A DNA stretch of 64,000 nucleotides from Raillietiella orientalis (lineage: Eukaryota). The notes beneath the pieces are model-generated. The model worked only from the letters and a program-made list of their open reading frames with translations. It was not told the DNA's origin and searched no databases. Both the position numbers and the translations under genes were made by a program. Of this stretch, positions 13,021 through 26,180 are shown in pieces (within the stretch, counting starts at the first letter, position 1; every line of letters starts with the position of its first letter). Where the stretch lies: the NCBI GenBank assembly GCA_036172245.1, contig JAYWIR010000015.1, positions 744,001 through 808,000 of the forward strand, given 5' to 3'.

Positions 13021-13029
13021 GTCATTTCC

Positions 13030-13200
13030 TTTATAAGCTTGCTAACATCCTAGAGTTGATGCAGATGACATCAGCGAGTTTGTCGTATCCCTTCCATTCG
13101 AAAAGACGGCAGTTTTTTTTCTAGTTCTTTTATTTTTTTAATTTTTTCCTTCTTTTCCTCTTCTTCCTGAGTGCACCTCATGCTTGGCAGCCTGCTCGCG
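13030..13200 (+). mobile_element. LINE 3' fragment, right part resuming after the SINE
   Basis: GATGCAGATGACA matches GATGCAGAGGACA (33691) and GATGTAGAGGACA (58179), followed by the same T-rich then C-rich 3' UTR pattern. Confidence 0.5.
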
Positions 13201-16200
13201 TTGAGGGACGCCTCCTGGGTTAGAAACGATGTAACGGGAGTTGACATCCCACTACGAATGAATGACCTTTTTTTCTTTGGAAAGCAATTTCTTCCGGATC
13301 GACCAGGTGTACAGAGAGCACATGCAAACTGATGATCAGTGGGTGAGGACATGCCTTTCGGGATGTGCTGCCTACTCCACCCACGCCTTGCCCCTCGATG
13401 CTGCGGAAGATCAGGAGCACATCATTATCGAGAGGATTCGAACGAACGATCTCGTTGCCATGAGAACGGATCGGAGAAACGAAAAGAGGAGAGAGTCAAA
13501 AACACTCTTCATTCGATTGGCGGCTCTCGTTTTCAGAGAACTGGGAATTTTTTCGGACGTCAAGAACAAGCCCATGTACAGTTTTCGCTCATATCGCATC
13601 CTCAAACAGCCGTCTCCCAGCTATGACTTTTTTTTAATTGAAAAAACATCCGCTAGGAGGCACCAATTCTACGATTGTTTACCTGAATTCTTCATGCCCT
13701 GCGTGCTTTCGAATCAGTTGTTCCGCTTTGGGGTGTTTTCACATCAGCAAAGTAAGAAACACGGAAACACAAAAAAACTTTCTTCTCTCTAATCTTTGCT
13801 ACTTTTCACTAAATCTCATGCGGGATTCGAAATTGGAAAGTGATTTCATGGATCAGGCACGTTGGATGAGGATCCTGTGGCTGAGCATGGGAAAGGAACG
13901 AGGGTATGCACAGAAATAAATCCTCTGACTGCTTGGTCCATCATTATCGCCTAAACGATCGCATCCAACATTGGTGGTTCTGGCTATTTTTCTCCTTTCT
14001 ACGTCTGTCCATCCAGGCACCTTGGGGAAGGTCTCGGAGGACTTGCTGCTTCCACGCAAGCAAATTTCATCAGCGTTTCTTCGCAGAACCTTCCAGGACG
14101 TTCAGCCCACACGCGGAAGAACGGCGTAAAGTTGGAAATGAAGTCATTATGGCTCCCGAGGCTGCACTCATCAGACTGTGAAGGATCCACCTTCGCATTT
14201 TTCCGTGAAAATAAAGCCACACCCGTGCGACTGGTCTGTGGAGCACGTTAACGCGCCTCGCAAAAAAGCACGCATTCTCCGGCACACAAGATCGCAGCGA
14301 AACTGTCGCTTTCCTCACGATCCGGGGCAGGGTCCACATTCTTGCTCGAAAATGGGTGTGTGAGTGGCTCCCGCTGACCCAAGGTTCAGCGGCCAGGGCG
14401 GATCGAAGAGACTCAAGTTCTTACCGAAATGCTTCTCGCGATCGGTGCAGAGTTCATCTTCCACCGAGGCTGCATTCGAGAAGGCGATTCGCCACCGCAC
14501 ATCTGATCAGTGCAGCTTCTGCGCTTCTCTTGAGGGAAAAGTACAGAAAGAATGGACATACGCCTTTTCGAGCAAAGTACGCTCCATACTCCATGCAGGC
14601 TCCATCGCCGATGTGTCTCAGCGGCAGCACGTTTCTGAAATTAAGGGCAGCTGGTTTCCAGGAAGAAAGAAAAAACACGCTAATAGTCATGCTAATAATA
14701 ATAATCATCTCAGCGACTGCAACAGAACCACAGCATTTTGTTTGTTTCGGAAGAAGATGCTGCCATCTTCAAGGACATTGCCGGTTTCTGTGAAGATGAC
14801 TATCATCCTGGTGGCCATGCAGCCATCGTGAGTCATTTTCCACTCCTTACATGCCAAAAGTCTTTATCCATGAACCTTGGAGGACAGCTGGATAAGCTGA
14901 GAGATTCTGAGAGATCCTTGAAAATACTCTGGTTACATTTCTTCGATCTTGGCATCCTTCCCTCGATCCAGCTAACTTGGAAGTCCATCGATCCCAAAGA
15001 TCCCCGACGAGCACAGCATCGTTGTTTTTCCCCTCATTAAGGAAAAATTGAACGAAAAGACGAGATCAAAACCTCGTGTCAAGGAACCAGCTGCTGCGCG
15101 TTGTCAAATTTGAATCGAATTTTTGCTATCTTTAAAGAGGAAACCAACGTTCACTTCTGGTTGCGTGCTGATGCTGGGTTTCTCTTTCATCATTTTTCCC
15201 AGTGCCTTTCTTCCCAGCCTGGAAGTCGAAAGCTTGGCATTGCTCTCGAGCACTTCTCCAATGCCGCCGCTCTACCCAAAGTCCTGGAGATGCAGTATAA
15301 TGGCTTCCGGGTGCAGTTCTGTCCGAATCAGACTGCAAGCTTCAATTCAGTACCCCAAAAAAATTTTCTAAGACTATTTTGGTAATGGAATGGTTCTTCC
15401 GTGTTTCAGGTCCTTTCCCTCTTAACGGAAGGGAAGAGTGAATGGATTGACTGCATGCCTTGTAGCCACAGCAGCTCGCCATTCGTTCTTTAGATCCACG
15501 ATTTCGTGCTCTCAACAGGTGACATCAGACCATCGACAGCCGTTCGAGAGCATGACAGAAACTGCAGTCTCTTTCCGAAACGTGTTCTCGACTATGAGGC
15601 ACGAGGAACATCAAGCGATGTGCAAAGAGACTCCTGGGTCACGGGGAAGAAATAGAAATGTAACAGGTGTTGGATTGAGGATGTGTCAGTTTGCGTACAG
15701 TTTCAAGTTACAAAGAAGATCGAGAAACCGCAGCTTCACCTGTGCTGAATCAGAGAGAGAAGAGACCATTTGTCAGTTCTCAGCTCATCAGACTTACGGC
15801 CACGAATGTCTATTCTTCACAGAAGGCCGTTGAAAAATCCATATGGGTACTTAAATTTCCTTTTTTTTAAGAGGAGAATTTTATCAAAAAACAAAGGAGA
15901 CTTTCAATCAAGTTTTTCCAACGAAGGAAAGACGTACGGCTCAATCGATTTCCCCACTCTTGGTAGTTTTAGCGTGTGCCATCGCTTCAGCTTCAGTGTT
16001 CATGAGACAGACATCTTCACTAGGCCAAACCTAGGGCATTCAGTTTCCACTTACATTGCTCTCCTGCGTCCCATGAAGAGGCGAATTTAAACATAGTCTC
16101 TGTACTTATACAACACATCCTCAGATGAAAAAAAGGAAAGCTCTGTCCCATCTATAAAGCCATCTTGCGAATATTCGCTTAGGCAGTCGGCTTAGATGAA

Positions 16201-19200
16201 TGGAGGACATCCAGAAGCGACCTATGAAGATGTCGGGCCCACTGGTCTCGGAAAAGACGATCGAGGATGACTCCGGATCGCGTCGACATGGGAAATATTT
16301 GCCTCAGCAGGCACGAAACGCCTCCCGTTGCCTGGCGACGACCACTGTGCAGCTCTCCACGAGAAACGCTTTCCACGCAGATCATCACTTTTCCCATCAT
16401 CCACGGGAATCTGTTCTGCAATCGGGAACGAGGTGCGGTCACTCACGCGCCTTGCAAAGTCACTGTATGAGTGCCGGAGCAGAGATGAGGAGAACAAATA
16501 ATAAGCCAAAGATGATCGCTTGCCTTTGACACCACAAGAGATGAAAGCGATCACGGCTTCTCTCATCACCTGAAATTCCTACATCCCTGCTCTTCATTCC
16601 TTCAGATGGCGATCGAGAATCGAGCTACATTCTTTCTTTTCCTCGGCACCCCTGGTTGACATCAGGGTGGAGTCCCTGCGCCTCATTCTGAAACGGAATA
16701 TCCTCCTGCAGATTCTCAGCCTCATAGATCCTTTTCTTCAGCTCTCGAGCGTGGATGGTAGCAAGACCGTTGCTGGCAGAAGTTTTTCGAGAAGAAGAGG
16801 GAGGCATCGAAAGTGATCGAGATCGCAGGTGCCATGACAACCGCATGATGAAAAGAAGGGATTAAGGGATTCCAAGGGATTCGCATCCAGAATCGAGTGT
16901 TGATTGGAGATCAAAATCCCGAAGATTCTCTTCCTCTTAGGGTACGATAGCTTACAGTACATACGCGCAGTTGGGAACGCGCCGAGATATTCCTGGCAGG
17001 ATGATGCTGAGGGAAAGAGAGAGCTCTGCCTTTTAGGAGGATCCTCTTCGGAAGAATGAAGAAGGAGCAGGATGGAACGTGAGAAAGCCACGGGCTGCGA
17101 TCGCACATGTGAATCCCCTAGGATTTTTGGAAGCCGTGCGTCTTCAAGTCGTCTGGTCTGCCACCCTCTCCGCCCCTCCTCTTCGGTGAACGCGCTGCGA
17201 GCGGCCTCGGTGTGTGTCGCAGCAGCGATCGGAAGACCCGCCGCGTGCGGAGCCCGAGGCGAGCGCTTCGCTCGCTCAAGTTCGTGATGCAACGCGTGCG
17301 CGATGATTGGCAGTTTGCTGCGTCCATCTCTGGCGTGCGCGGATCCACCTTCACCGAGGCTGCTGCTTTCCCGCCAGGTTCTCACGCTTCCTGTTTTCTC
17401 CTTCGCTTCGGGTTGCCCTTTGACTGCGTCCGCGGCCCTGCCCCTTTCGCACACGCACACTTTCGAGTGGGCAAGAGAGATGCGGGCTGGGAGATGCCTC
17501 CGCGCCCCGCGGGCACTAGCTGCTGCTGCTCCGTTCTCTTGCGAGCATCCCTCCCTTCCGCCGACCAACCTCCTCGTGACCTATTCCTGCATCCCGTGCA
17601 TCAGCCGCCGTCTCATCCTATTCCTTCCCCCCCCCCTCCCCCTTTTCCTTTCCTTCTCCAGCTCCATGTCGCTCCGCAGATGCAGCGCACTCGTCCATCG
17701 CCTCCGCGAAGGTGGGGCGAGCGACCAATCCCTGCGATCCGGGGCTCCCCCTTTGTGCCTGCGGCGGGGCTTTCAATCCCGTTCCCGATCAAGTTGACAG
17801 AGCTCTTCTGATTCCAAACTCCTCCTCCGCGATCAGCTCATTGTCCGCGTCTTCAACCGGTCTCTCGGGGGAACCTCAACAGTCCCGCGCGCAGAGCGAA
17901 CTGCTCGGGGGGCAAGCATTGGCAAGCGGTCCTTCTCTTTGGTCTTCCTCTCCTGCTGTTTTCCCTCCTCCCACACACACCTCCAAACGTGCAGCAGACA
18001 CGAATCGCTAATTCCCGGAGGAAACCCCGCCGGTGCTGCTTCCCTGATTGTCTCCCCCCTCCATTCCCATCTCCTACAGTGGATGGCCACGCCATGTCCA
18101 GCTTCCATTTTTTTTTTTTTCCTTCAGGTTCGCTCCCGCTCACTTCGTCCCAAGGACACACTTGGCGAAGAAGATTCTGCAGCCTTGCCGCGTCCGCTCT
18201 CGAATCTCTCAGCTCCTGAGCGCCGCTGCACTCTTATTTTTTTGCTCCGTCTGATTTCCAGCACCAACTATTTCTGCACTCCCGTTGCCGTTTTCTTCCA
18301 CTCTCCCTCCATCCTCTGCTTTCTCCCCGTTTGGTAGCTCTTCCATTACCTGACTCCCGTTCCCATGATGCGGCGATCACTGCCCATCATGAGAACATCA
18401 TTGCTGATGGGTCCGTCCTCGTCATCTCCATCACTATGGACCATCCTCGCGGCAGCCTCACGGAACTCCGTGTAGGGAGACCAGCCGGCGTAGTAATGGC
18501 GATGACCGCGTCATCGCTGTTGCCACATATGGCTGCCCTTCTCTGTCTCCGCTCAAGGGTGCGCGCGCCGTGATGACCAGAGGTGCCTCAGAGCATCGTC
18601 GGGTTCCACGAAAGCCGCCGCTAGAGACGGAAGAATCCCGCTCCTGTACGAATGCGTTTACCGAGGAGCTGCTGCGGTGTCCCGGGTGGTGAAGCAGGGG
18701 TCTCCACGCTTCGTTCGACCTGCCAGGCATCGATTTCCGTCCTCCAATATTATCTGATCTCTGCGGGTCACCCGACTGAAACGCGTCAGTCGAAGTGGCC
18801 CGCAGCTTCCCGCTCACTCGGATGCTTCTCGAGGGTCCTTCGCTTCCCTCCCAACCTCCCGAGAGCCTGCGAAAGCGGTCGCGCCGGGAAAAAAGCGGGC
18901 TGACGCGATCCGTCATCCTCGCCTGCCGTCGGCAGATGTCTGCCATGCTCCAGATAGCCGCTGCCGCCACATCCGCGGCTCCCTTTCGCCCTTCAGTTCC
19001 CATCGAGTGATTGCTGGGATTTCCCCTTCGGCAGTGCTTCAAGGACAACTCGAAGAGCTTCTTTTGGATCGATGGCGAAGAGAAAGAGAGCTCTCTGAAA
19101 GAAATGAGCCTCAAGCTGAGGTCCTTCGTCTGGAGATGGAATACCATCGACATCGTTCGGAAGACGCCCTGATCCTCGATCTCGATTCAGGGGAGTTCTC

Positions 19201-21329
19201 TGTGGAGAGCTCGGTGCCGGCAAGTCCCTCGATGGAGGAGGATGCGTGTGAGGATGCCGCCCTGAGCTCTATTTCGAGAGGGTCGCAAAGGACGAGTTCT
19301 GGTCGGGGAGACGCGATACCCGCTGCAGTCGCGGTTCTTTCTTGTCAGAATGGACCACTTCGTTGAAGAGTCCGCCTTGTGATCCGAGGAGGGCGCGCTG
19401 CCATCGGTCGCGTAGCGGAAGAAGCCAGCCCATGGACCAAGAGCCACGTCTCTGGCGGAGGGCAGCAACTCTTTGAGGATCCACCGGAATAGCTGAGGAA
19501 CGCAGATGCGCTGGGAGCAGAAGAAGCCCTCAGGGAAGTGGACGCAGTCACCCTTTCCTCCCTGCAGCAGGACCGCCTCCGTTCTTATGAAGCAGAGCCA
19601 GAGTCAGCACTCTCGACGGTGCGAGCCCGTTGATGTTTTTCCCTTTCCTTCCCTTTCCCATTTTTTTTTTTTCGTGGGGGAGTCCATGAGAGAAGAGAGC
19701 GCAGCCGAGGAGAAGAGAGTCGGAAAGTTTCTGAAATGACCTGTTGAGGACGAGGCGACCTTCGCTGAGTTCTTCGCCAGCCGCTCCTCATCGCCTCCGC
19801 GAGGCACTTCCAAGTGGGGAGTGAGGGCAAGGGGAAGCCCAGGATGCTCCTGCCTGCCCGCTATCCCGGGAGCACTGCTGCGAATGCCTCATGCACGTCC
19901 TCTCTCTCTCCCTGTCCGCGGTCGCTTCTTCCGGGAACAGCTCCGATGAAGGAGCACTCCTGGGGGATTGCCACGGTCGAGCGGGGCACCCTTCGCAGCT
20001 GGGGCGCGTGACCCACGGAAACCTCTGGGGTCGGGAGCAGGCTGCCCGTAGGGAAAACTTCCGCGATCCTCGCCAGCAGCTGAGGTCTGATTGAGGATGG
20101 CAGAAGTCCAGGGAGAACCCGAGGCCGGCCGACGATGCGATGCCGGGAACGCTGCTCCCCAGGGCAGCGACCGGAGGTTTGCGCAGGACCTCGTTTCCTG
20201 GATTCCTAAGAGGTTTCCCATCTTTCCCGATCTCCTGGGATTCTTCTCTGACCGCAAAGAACGGAAGCTGCCTGCGGATCGGCGCAGTCCGCGCGACACG
20301 AAGGGATTCTGGGACCGAGGCCGAGGGGGGAAGGGAAGAGCTGTCACGTGGATGTATCTCTCCCCTTCGGGAGGAGCTCGGCTATCGGAGACGGGGCATG
20401 GCACGATTTCTTCCCTTCCCTGTCTGCTTATCTGCCTCCCTCGCATGCAGGAAGCGACTCCCTGCGGCTTCCGCGCAAAGAAGGCAGCTGCGGGGAGGGG
20501 TCGCGGTCCTTCCGGATCTGCACGAGAAACGAGGCGGGGTGAATCGAAGAAAGGGGGGTGGGGAAAGGCGAAGTGCATCGTCGTCAGCGGCGGGCGTGAG
20601 AAGTCGCGAGTCGGGCAGGTCGGAGTCGCCGCTTCGCCTGACCCACCTGGCTTGGAGGTGGGATGGACGGCGTCGCCCGGGGCGTCGAGACTTTCGCGCG
20701 AGGGGAATTGGAATCACCAGTGGAGACGCCCCCGAGCACGCGCGCTCGAGGGGGTGAGAGAAGGCAGCGGCCACCTCGAAGCCCCCAGCCTCTGCCCTCC
20801 TTCAGGGACGCCACCAGGACGCCCCTTTAAGCATCGGGCCGGACGCCCTTAGGTCGCGGAGGAGAGACTCACAAGGACCCTGGGAGCTTCCCACTGCTAC
20901 TGACAGGCTGAAACGAGCCCATCCCCTGGAACATCTTGGTCTGTAGGGATCTCTCACTCGCCCCCCCGTCTCCCTCTCCTGCTCCTGTCTCTTCTTCCAT
21001 CGTAGTCTCGAGAGAAGGGAAAAGAAAGAGAGATCGGGGACCAGAACATGCCCACGTGGACTCCACGCGCAACCCTCTACGGATGGCATCCTAGACCAGC
21101 TGTCACTCGCCGTCAGAGTCCGGATTCCTTCATGTCGCGAGAGCTCCGAGAAGGGGAGGGACGCAATGACCTTGCCAGACCAAGCCAGAAGTCTTCAGGG
21201 CACTCTTCCTGTCGCTGCTGCAGGCGTGCTCCAGAGTCCCAGCTGCTGTGGGAACAGAGAAACCTCCCTATCTGTGGGTTTCTCTACTACGAGAAGGAGG
21301 GCGCTGAAGATCATCCCTCTTCTCCTTCT

Positions 21330-21740
21330 CCCTTCCAGACCTCCCGGAGTGATGAACCACAGGAAGGTCACTAGCCGCTCTTACAGAGAGCTCTCCGCAG
21401 AGGTCTCGGGGCTGACCATCCCCTCGTGGAAAGGATGCCTAAGGTTCTACAGCCTTTCTGGAAGAAGGCTAGTCCCGTCTTCTCGGCCCCGACCCCCGCT
21501 GTTCGAGCACTAAGACGTCAGATCTCCGGAGCTTCTAGGGAGGTCTTGGAGGGCGCTGCCAAGGCCGCTGTCGTCGGGATGCTCATGCGTGACCCCGGTG
21601 CTCCTCCTGCGATTCCGGAGCAATCGCGGAGAGGCGAGGACCTCCTCCTTTCTCAGGGAAAGCAATTCCCGGAGGGTGATGAGACACGCAGGAATCACCG
21701 AGAGCAGCTGTTTCTGAGAGCTCCGCGGACGGACAAGGGT
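21330..21740 (+). mobile_element. degraded LINE ORF2 3' fragment (divergent subfamily)
   Basis: DHPLVE...KVLQPFWKK; colinear with the minus-strand copy at 8880-9310, with similar spacing between the shared blocks. Confidence 0.4.
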
Positions 21741-22382
21741 TCATTCGCAGCATATCACCCCGTGCCCGCTCCTACTCCTTCACCCCTAACCGCTGGGGAG
21801 GGTTTAGGATTCTGTCAGTTTCCATTCTTCCTCGGGATACTCCCCACGAGCGTGCCAGAAAGTTTCAAGATGTCCGAAGACTGTCAGGAACGGGGAGAGG
21901 GAGGGGGAAGAGGAGACCTAGGGGCTATCAACCTGTGGCTTCGAGTGCTTAGCAGGGAAGCAGAGGGGTGCGTCCCAGGGCAGCTCTTCTCTGCCGGTAG
22001 TCACTAGGAGCGACCCATGCATCTTCCCACGGAAAGCACCTGCCCTCCCCCGCGAGGAGCCAGGGGATGTTTCTAGGAGAAATGGTACAGTGGAACTTCC
22101 AAAGCATCTTCTCTGCCTCCTTTCTCCAAACCCTCCCGACCCTCGCACCCGCCGCTGACCCCTGGCGTCGCCTGGATCTCGAGTTCGTCACAGTGCTCTT
22201 TCCAGCTCCTGAGGGAAAAGCCGGGATGCCTACGAGAAGCGCCTGGCAGGAGCCCCCTTTTCCATTCGCTTCATTTTCTCGAGGTGCCCCGCGAGGGGTA
22301 GACGAGGTATCCGGGGGGTGGGAGCGCGAAGGCGCGATGAGGAAGAGGCTTCCCTGCTGGGCACGGGGGCAACGTTGCCCAT

Positions 22383-22388
22383 TTTATT
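22383..22388 (-). promoter_or_regulatory. polyadenylation signal AATAAA of the chitin-binding protein gene
   Basis: First AATAAA on the minus strand after the stop, about 345 nt downstream, in otherwise GC-rich sequence. Confidence 0.6.
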
Positions 22389-22731
22389 GCATTCCTCCAG
22401 GGGAGTCCCGGAGTCCAGGGAGGGGAGGAAGGAGAGAGAAAAGAGCGGCAAAGAGCAGGTGAATGGGAGGGAGAGGGTGGTGAAGAACGTGACCCGGGTC
22501 CGCTGCTGCAGAGAGTCCTATCGGTCTCGGGAGCGGCGGTCAGCAAAGCGCGGCTGCGGTCCGAGGAATAAGGGGAGGGGTGTTGTGCTTGTCTCAGCTC
22601 CGTCCCTTCCGGGAGCGGCGCGAGATCCGCCCTCCCCCGCCTCCCCCCATCGAGACGGTGGCTGCGGCGGCGGGAGAGCGGATCGGGGTCGTCGCCAGAG
22701 GGGGGCAGGGGAGGGAGGGGGGCGCGGCTTC

Positions 22732-24790
22732 TCAGTTCTCCTTCTTCGGGATCTTTCCGAACTCCTCGTTGAGGGTGTAGAATTTCTCCGACTCGTCGCA
22801 GGATATCTCGACGTCCAGCTCGTGGACGCAGGTCAGCAGGCTCTGATCGAAGACGGTGTTCTCGCCGCAGAAGAAGCTGAACTTCTGCATCTCCGCGGTG
22901 CCGTCCGCATGCACCGACGGCACGCACACATGGTACACCCTGCAGCGGTTCTTCACGTCGGCGTAGTAGCCGTAGATGCGCTGGTTGCAGCTGCAAGACA
23001 CGGTGGGGGGCGTCAGCGAGAGCGTCACTTCCAGATCATGCCCTTCCCCACCCTCTTCTATCCCACTTCCCGATCTCTCCGCTTCGTCTTTCCCGCTTTC
23101 TCCATGCGTCCTTCGCCGCAGACTCCGTCGGGCACCGTTCCGCTCGGTTTCTGCCGACTTCTCGCCCGCCTGATCGCCGAGGCTGACCTCCTGTGGCAGA
23201 TTCTCCCCCCCCTCCTTTTCTCCGTGCGGGTGTGAAGAAGCTCCGAGTGGTCTCGATACTTTTCCCTCAAGCGAAACCGAGTGAGGGGGAAGAGGAAGAG
23301 AGGAATCGGGACTGCTAGAGGTCGTTCGGCAAACCCGAGGCTAAGGGGAAGAGCGAAATGGCTCGCCTCGCACTGCTCTCTCAGCTTCCTAAGACTTCCG
23401 CGGGGAGGATGGGGAGTTTCCCAGCCGGAGGCGAAGGTGCACCTATGGGGAGCGCCTGGGGTCCCCTTCCACAAACAGAGAAAGGGAACCTTCCCAAGCA
23501 GCTCCTGAATGTGGCCTCCTCTCTCCCTCTCTTTGCTCAGGGCAAGAACGCCCTGACTTCCCCAAGGGGAGATTCCCCGCAAACCGAAGTCGCTCTCGAA
23601 GATCCCTTCCTTCCCTGAAGGCAGGAAAGCCGAGTGACGCAGCTCCGCGGTTCAGAATGGAGAGTCATCGCGGAGGAGGCTCACCCTTCGGGAAGTGACC
23701 GGGAGGGAAAGGAAAATGCTGCTTTTCAGAGAGGCCGGGTGCGTCAGTCCCTCTCATTTGCTCCTCCTCAGGGAAGGATTGGAAGCACAGCTCCTCCTAG
23801 ACCCATCGTCCTTTCCCTCTCCGCCTCCCCACCTCCTCCCCAGACCGGAAAAGGAAGAAGGGACCGTCTCCGCTGGCGCATACCGCTCCAGCTCACCCCG
23901 GGAAGAGGGAAAACGAGTGGCGTCACCGTGACGGCGGACCCCTTGTCGGTGGGAAGGACAGGTCTTGTCGGACGGACAGAAGTCCCACCACTCTTTCCTC
24001 AACCCACCTGAAGCTCGTATCCACCTCTCCCAGGATCTTCTTCCAGCCACTGGACAGGCCAATGGACGACAGCTCCTCGTCCTCGTAGTCATCGATTTTC
24101 TGACTGACCTGGCCACTGGCCACGGCGAACAACAGAACAGCCACGCTGAGCGAACCTGGAAGGGAGAGGGAACGGGGGATACTTCTGGAGAGAGTGGTGG
24201 CTGACGTAGGAAGATCGATATGGGCAGGATGTCGGCGCGCCTTCTTTCCCTCCCTCCCATGGGTTGTCCCTGCCCCCCGCGCGCGCGGTCCGCTTGCCTT
24301 CGCCCTCCAGCACCCGCCGGCGGAGAGACCACGTGCGAGGGAAGGAGAGTTAGGGAGAGCACGGGACTGTCTCCCGCACAGGGAGCGGGGGAGCGGTGCA
24401 GGGGAAGGGAGGTGCGTCTGGGGCCATCCAAAGAGGAGAATCCGGGAGGGAAGGACAGTCCCTTCCTTGGTGGACGCAGGTGCGCTCGGGATGATGCTCC
24501 TCATCTCAGTGGAGGGATTTACCCACGGCATTTCTGCCACACGCCAAACTGAGGGACACAGGACATCTGGTAGCACTGTCCTGAGGACCGTTCAAGGAAG
24601 AACTCCGGGAATGGGATCCGTTAGTGGGCAGCTGAGTGGAGTTGCAGGCCACCACGAGCAGTCGAGAGTGGGGCTCGCTCACGCTCCTCTGAGAGTCACC
24701 CCCGAGGAGGTTTCGGACGGGCCACGGATCGAGGTGGAAGAGAGGGAAGAGAAGGAGGAAGGAGGAAGACTAACCTGCAAGTGCGGCCAT
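22732..24790 (-). CDS. secreted chitin-binding type-2 (CBM14/peritrophin-A) single-domain protein, CPAP1 / scoloptoxin-01-like, 140 aa; exons 24775-24790, 24008-24155, 22732-22990
   Basis: Spliced: MAALAG|SLSVAVLLFAVASG (signal peptide) QVSQKIDDYEDEEL...EVDTSFS|CNQRIYGYYADVKNRCRVYHVC...FSFFCGENTVFDQSLLTC...ISCDESEKFYTLNEEFGK. Six Cys are spaced C-14-C-5-C-18-C-12-C-9-C. The GT-AG introns (619 and 1017 nt) join in frame: 16+148+259=423 nt. Confidence 0.9.
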
Positions 24791-24879
24791 CTCCGGGTGT
24801 GTGTAGCCAGAAGAAATCACGGGAAGATTCGAATGATCACCTCCAGACGGAAACTCGGGAAGCGATCGATGCCGTCTCC

Positions 24880-24886
24880 TTTTATA
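24880..24886 (-). promoter_or_regulatory. TATA box (TATAAAA) of the chitin-binding protein gene
   Basis: CATATAAAAGG on the minus strand about 90 nt upstream of the ATG, embedded in GC-rich DNA; Inr-like CGAGTT about 30 nt downstream. Confidence 0.7.
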
Positions 24887-26005
24887 TGGCGGCGCAATGA
24901 AGAAGGAGGAGGGGGAGTGGGGGAAGGAGAAACTTTCGAAAAGCAGCATCGTAGTCTTTCGCTTCTTGGCCGCGGGGCGGTGCGGCCTTCGTTCTCGCCT
25001 CGCATGCTGCCCCCCCTCCCTCCCCGAGACCAACTATCTCAGAAGACACGCGGGCCCAATGGAAAGCACATAAAGGGTGAGATGGGTGCGGTTCCAAGAG
25101 AGAACGGTTGTTTGTTCAATCCTTTCTTTCCTTCCCTTGCCTTTACCTTTCCTGGGAAGAAGAAGGAGAGGAGGAAGGAAGAGAGACTTAGGGTATTCAC
25201 GTCCGTTTACGACTCGTACAGGAATGAATGCGACTTCCTGCATCAGTTGGTGTCTTCCGCACCCGAAGACTAGAGGCTGGGTCCTTTTGGGCTTCGATCT
25301 GGAAAGGGAGGAGTAAAGAAGAAAAGGAGAAGAACTCCAGCTACAGAGTGGTGCCACGATTCTGAGGCTCATTCGGGAATCTGGACTGGAAACGTCCCCT
25401 TCCCCTTGGGGATGCGAAAGTTTGAGCGATCTCGATACTTTGTCCTCAGGAGACAGAGTGAAGGGGAGGAAATGGAGAGGGATCGAGACTGTTCGAGGTC
25501 GTTCGGCTAGCCTGAGGCTAAGAAAAACTGGCTTGCCTCGTAGATGTCAGATCGCATAGTCCCCACAGTTTCTTGAGCCTCGCAGGACGAGGGGAAGGTA
25601 AAGAGACAGCAGACGCATCTCGGGCAGTGGTGGATCTCCGTTAGACATCATATCTACCGTGGTAGAGCTGCATCCATGGCTACATTGACGAACTGCAGAA
25701 GTTCCGGATGTAGTTTCCGTTTTGCATGCCGTTGCCATGCGATACGAAGCGTTTTGCGAACGCCTTTGGGAAGCCCCTGAGACTAAAAATGTTGCCAAAG
25801 AGGATCCCAAGTCAGGGAGTCGTGTCCCCAGCCTTTCGTGGTCGGATTTCTACGAGATGTCCAGTGCTTTCTGAGGTTCACGAGAAGCCAACTGGAAGCT
25901 GCTCAGGAGCATCACAGGCACTGTCTCCAGCCACGAATTTGTGGCTGGAGAAAATAGCATTTGAGAAGGCCTCATTTTGTCAGCTTCAAGCTAACAAGGC
26001 GATGT

Positions 26006-26180
26006 CAGCAACAATGCAAGCTCTCTCGATCCGTGCTCATGAGACGCCAGCAACAATGCAAGCTCTCTCGATCCGTGCTCATGCGACGCCAGCAACAATG
26101 CAAGCTCGCTCGGTCCGTGCTCATGAGACGCCAGCAACAGTGAAAACTCGCTCGATCCGTGCTCATGCGATATCGGCAAT
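26006..26180. repeat. 42-bp minisatellite, about 4 copies
   Basis: Unit CAGCAACAATGCAAGCTCTCTCGATCCGTGCTCATGAGACGC starts at 26006, 26048, 26090 and 26132 with few substitutions. Confidence 0.95.

Noticed and set aside
17730..19400. Scattered APE-endonuclease and pre-RT-like words on the minus strand (GLFN, SRSRI, SNH, EEEF..KAP)
   Set aside because: Matches are weak, in different frames and wrongly spaced; a profile search would be needed.
22318..23235. 305-aa plus-strand ORF
   Set aside because: Antisense shadow of the GC-rich chitin-binding exon and its UTR.
24194..25273. 359-aa plus-strand ORF
   Set aside because: Antisense to intron 1, exon 1 and promoter of the chitin-binding gene; low-complexity composition and no motif.
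26006..26180. CRISPR-like array
   Set aside because: Contiguous tandem units without unique spacers, in a eukaryotic context with no cas genes.
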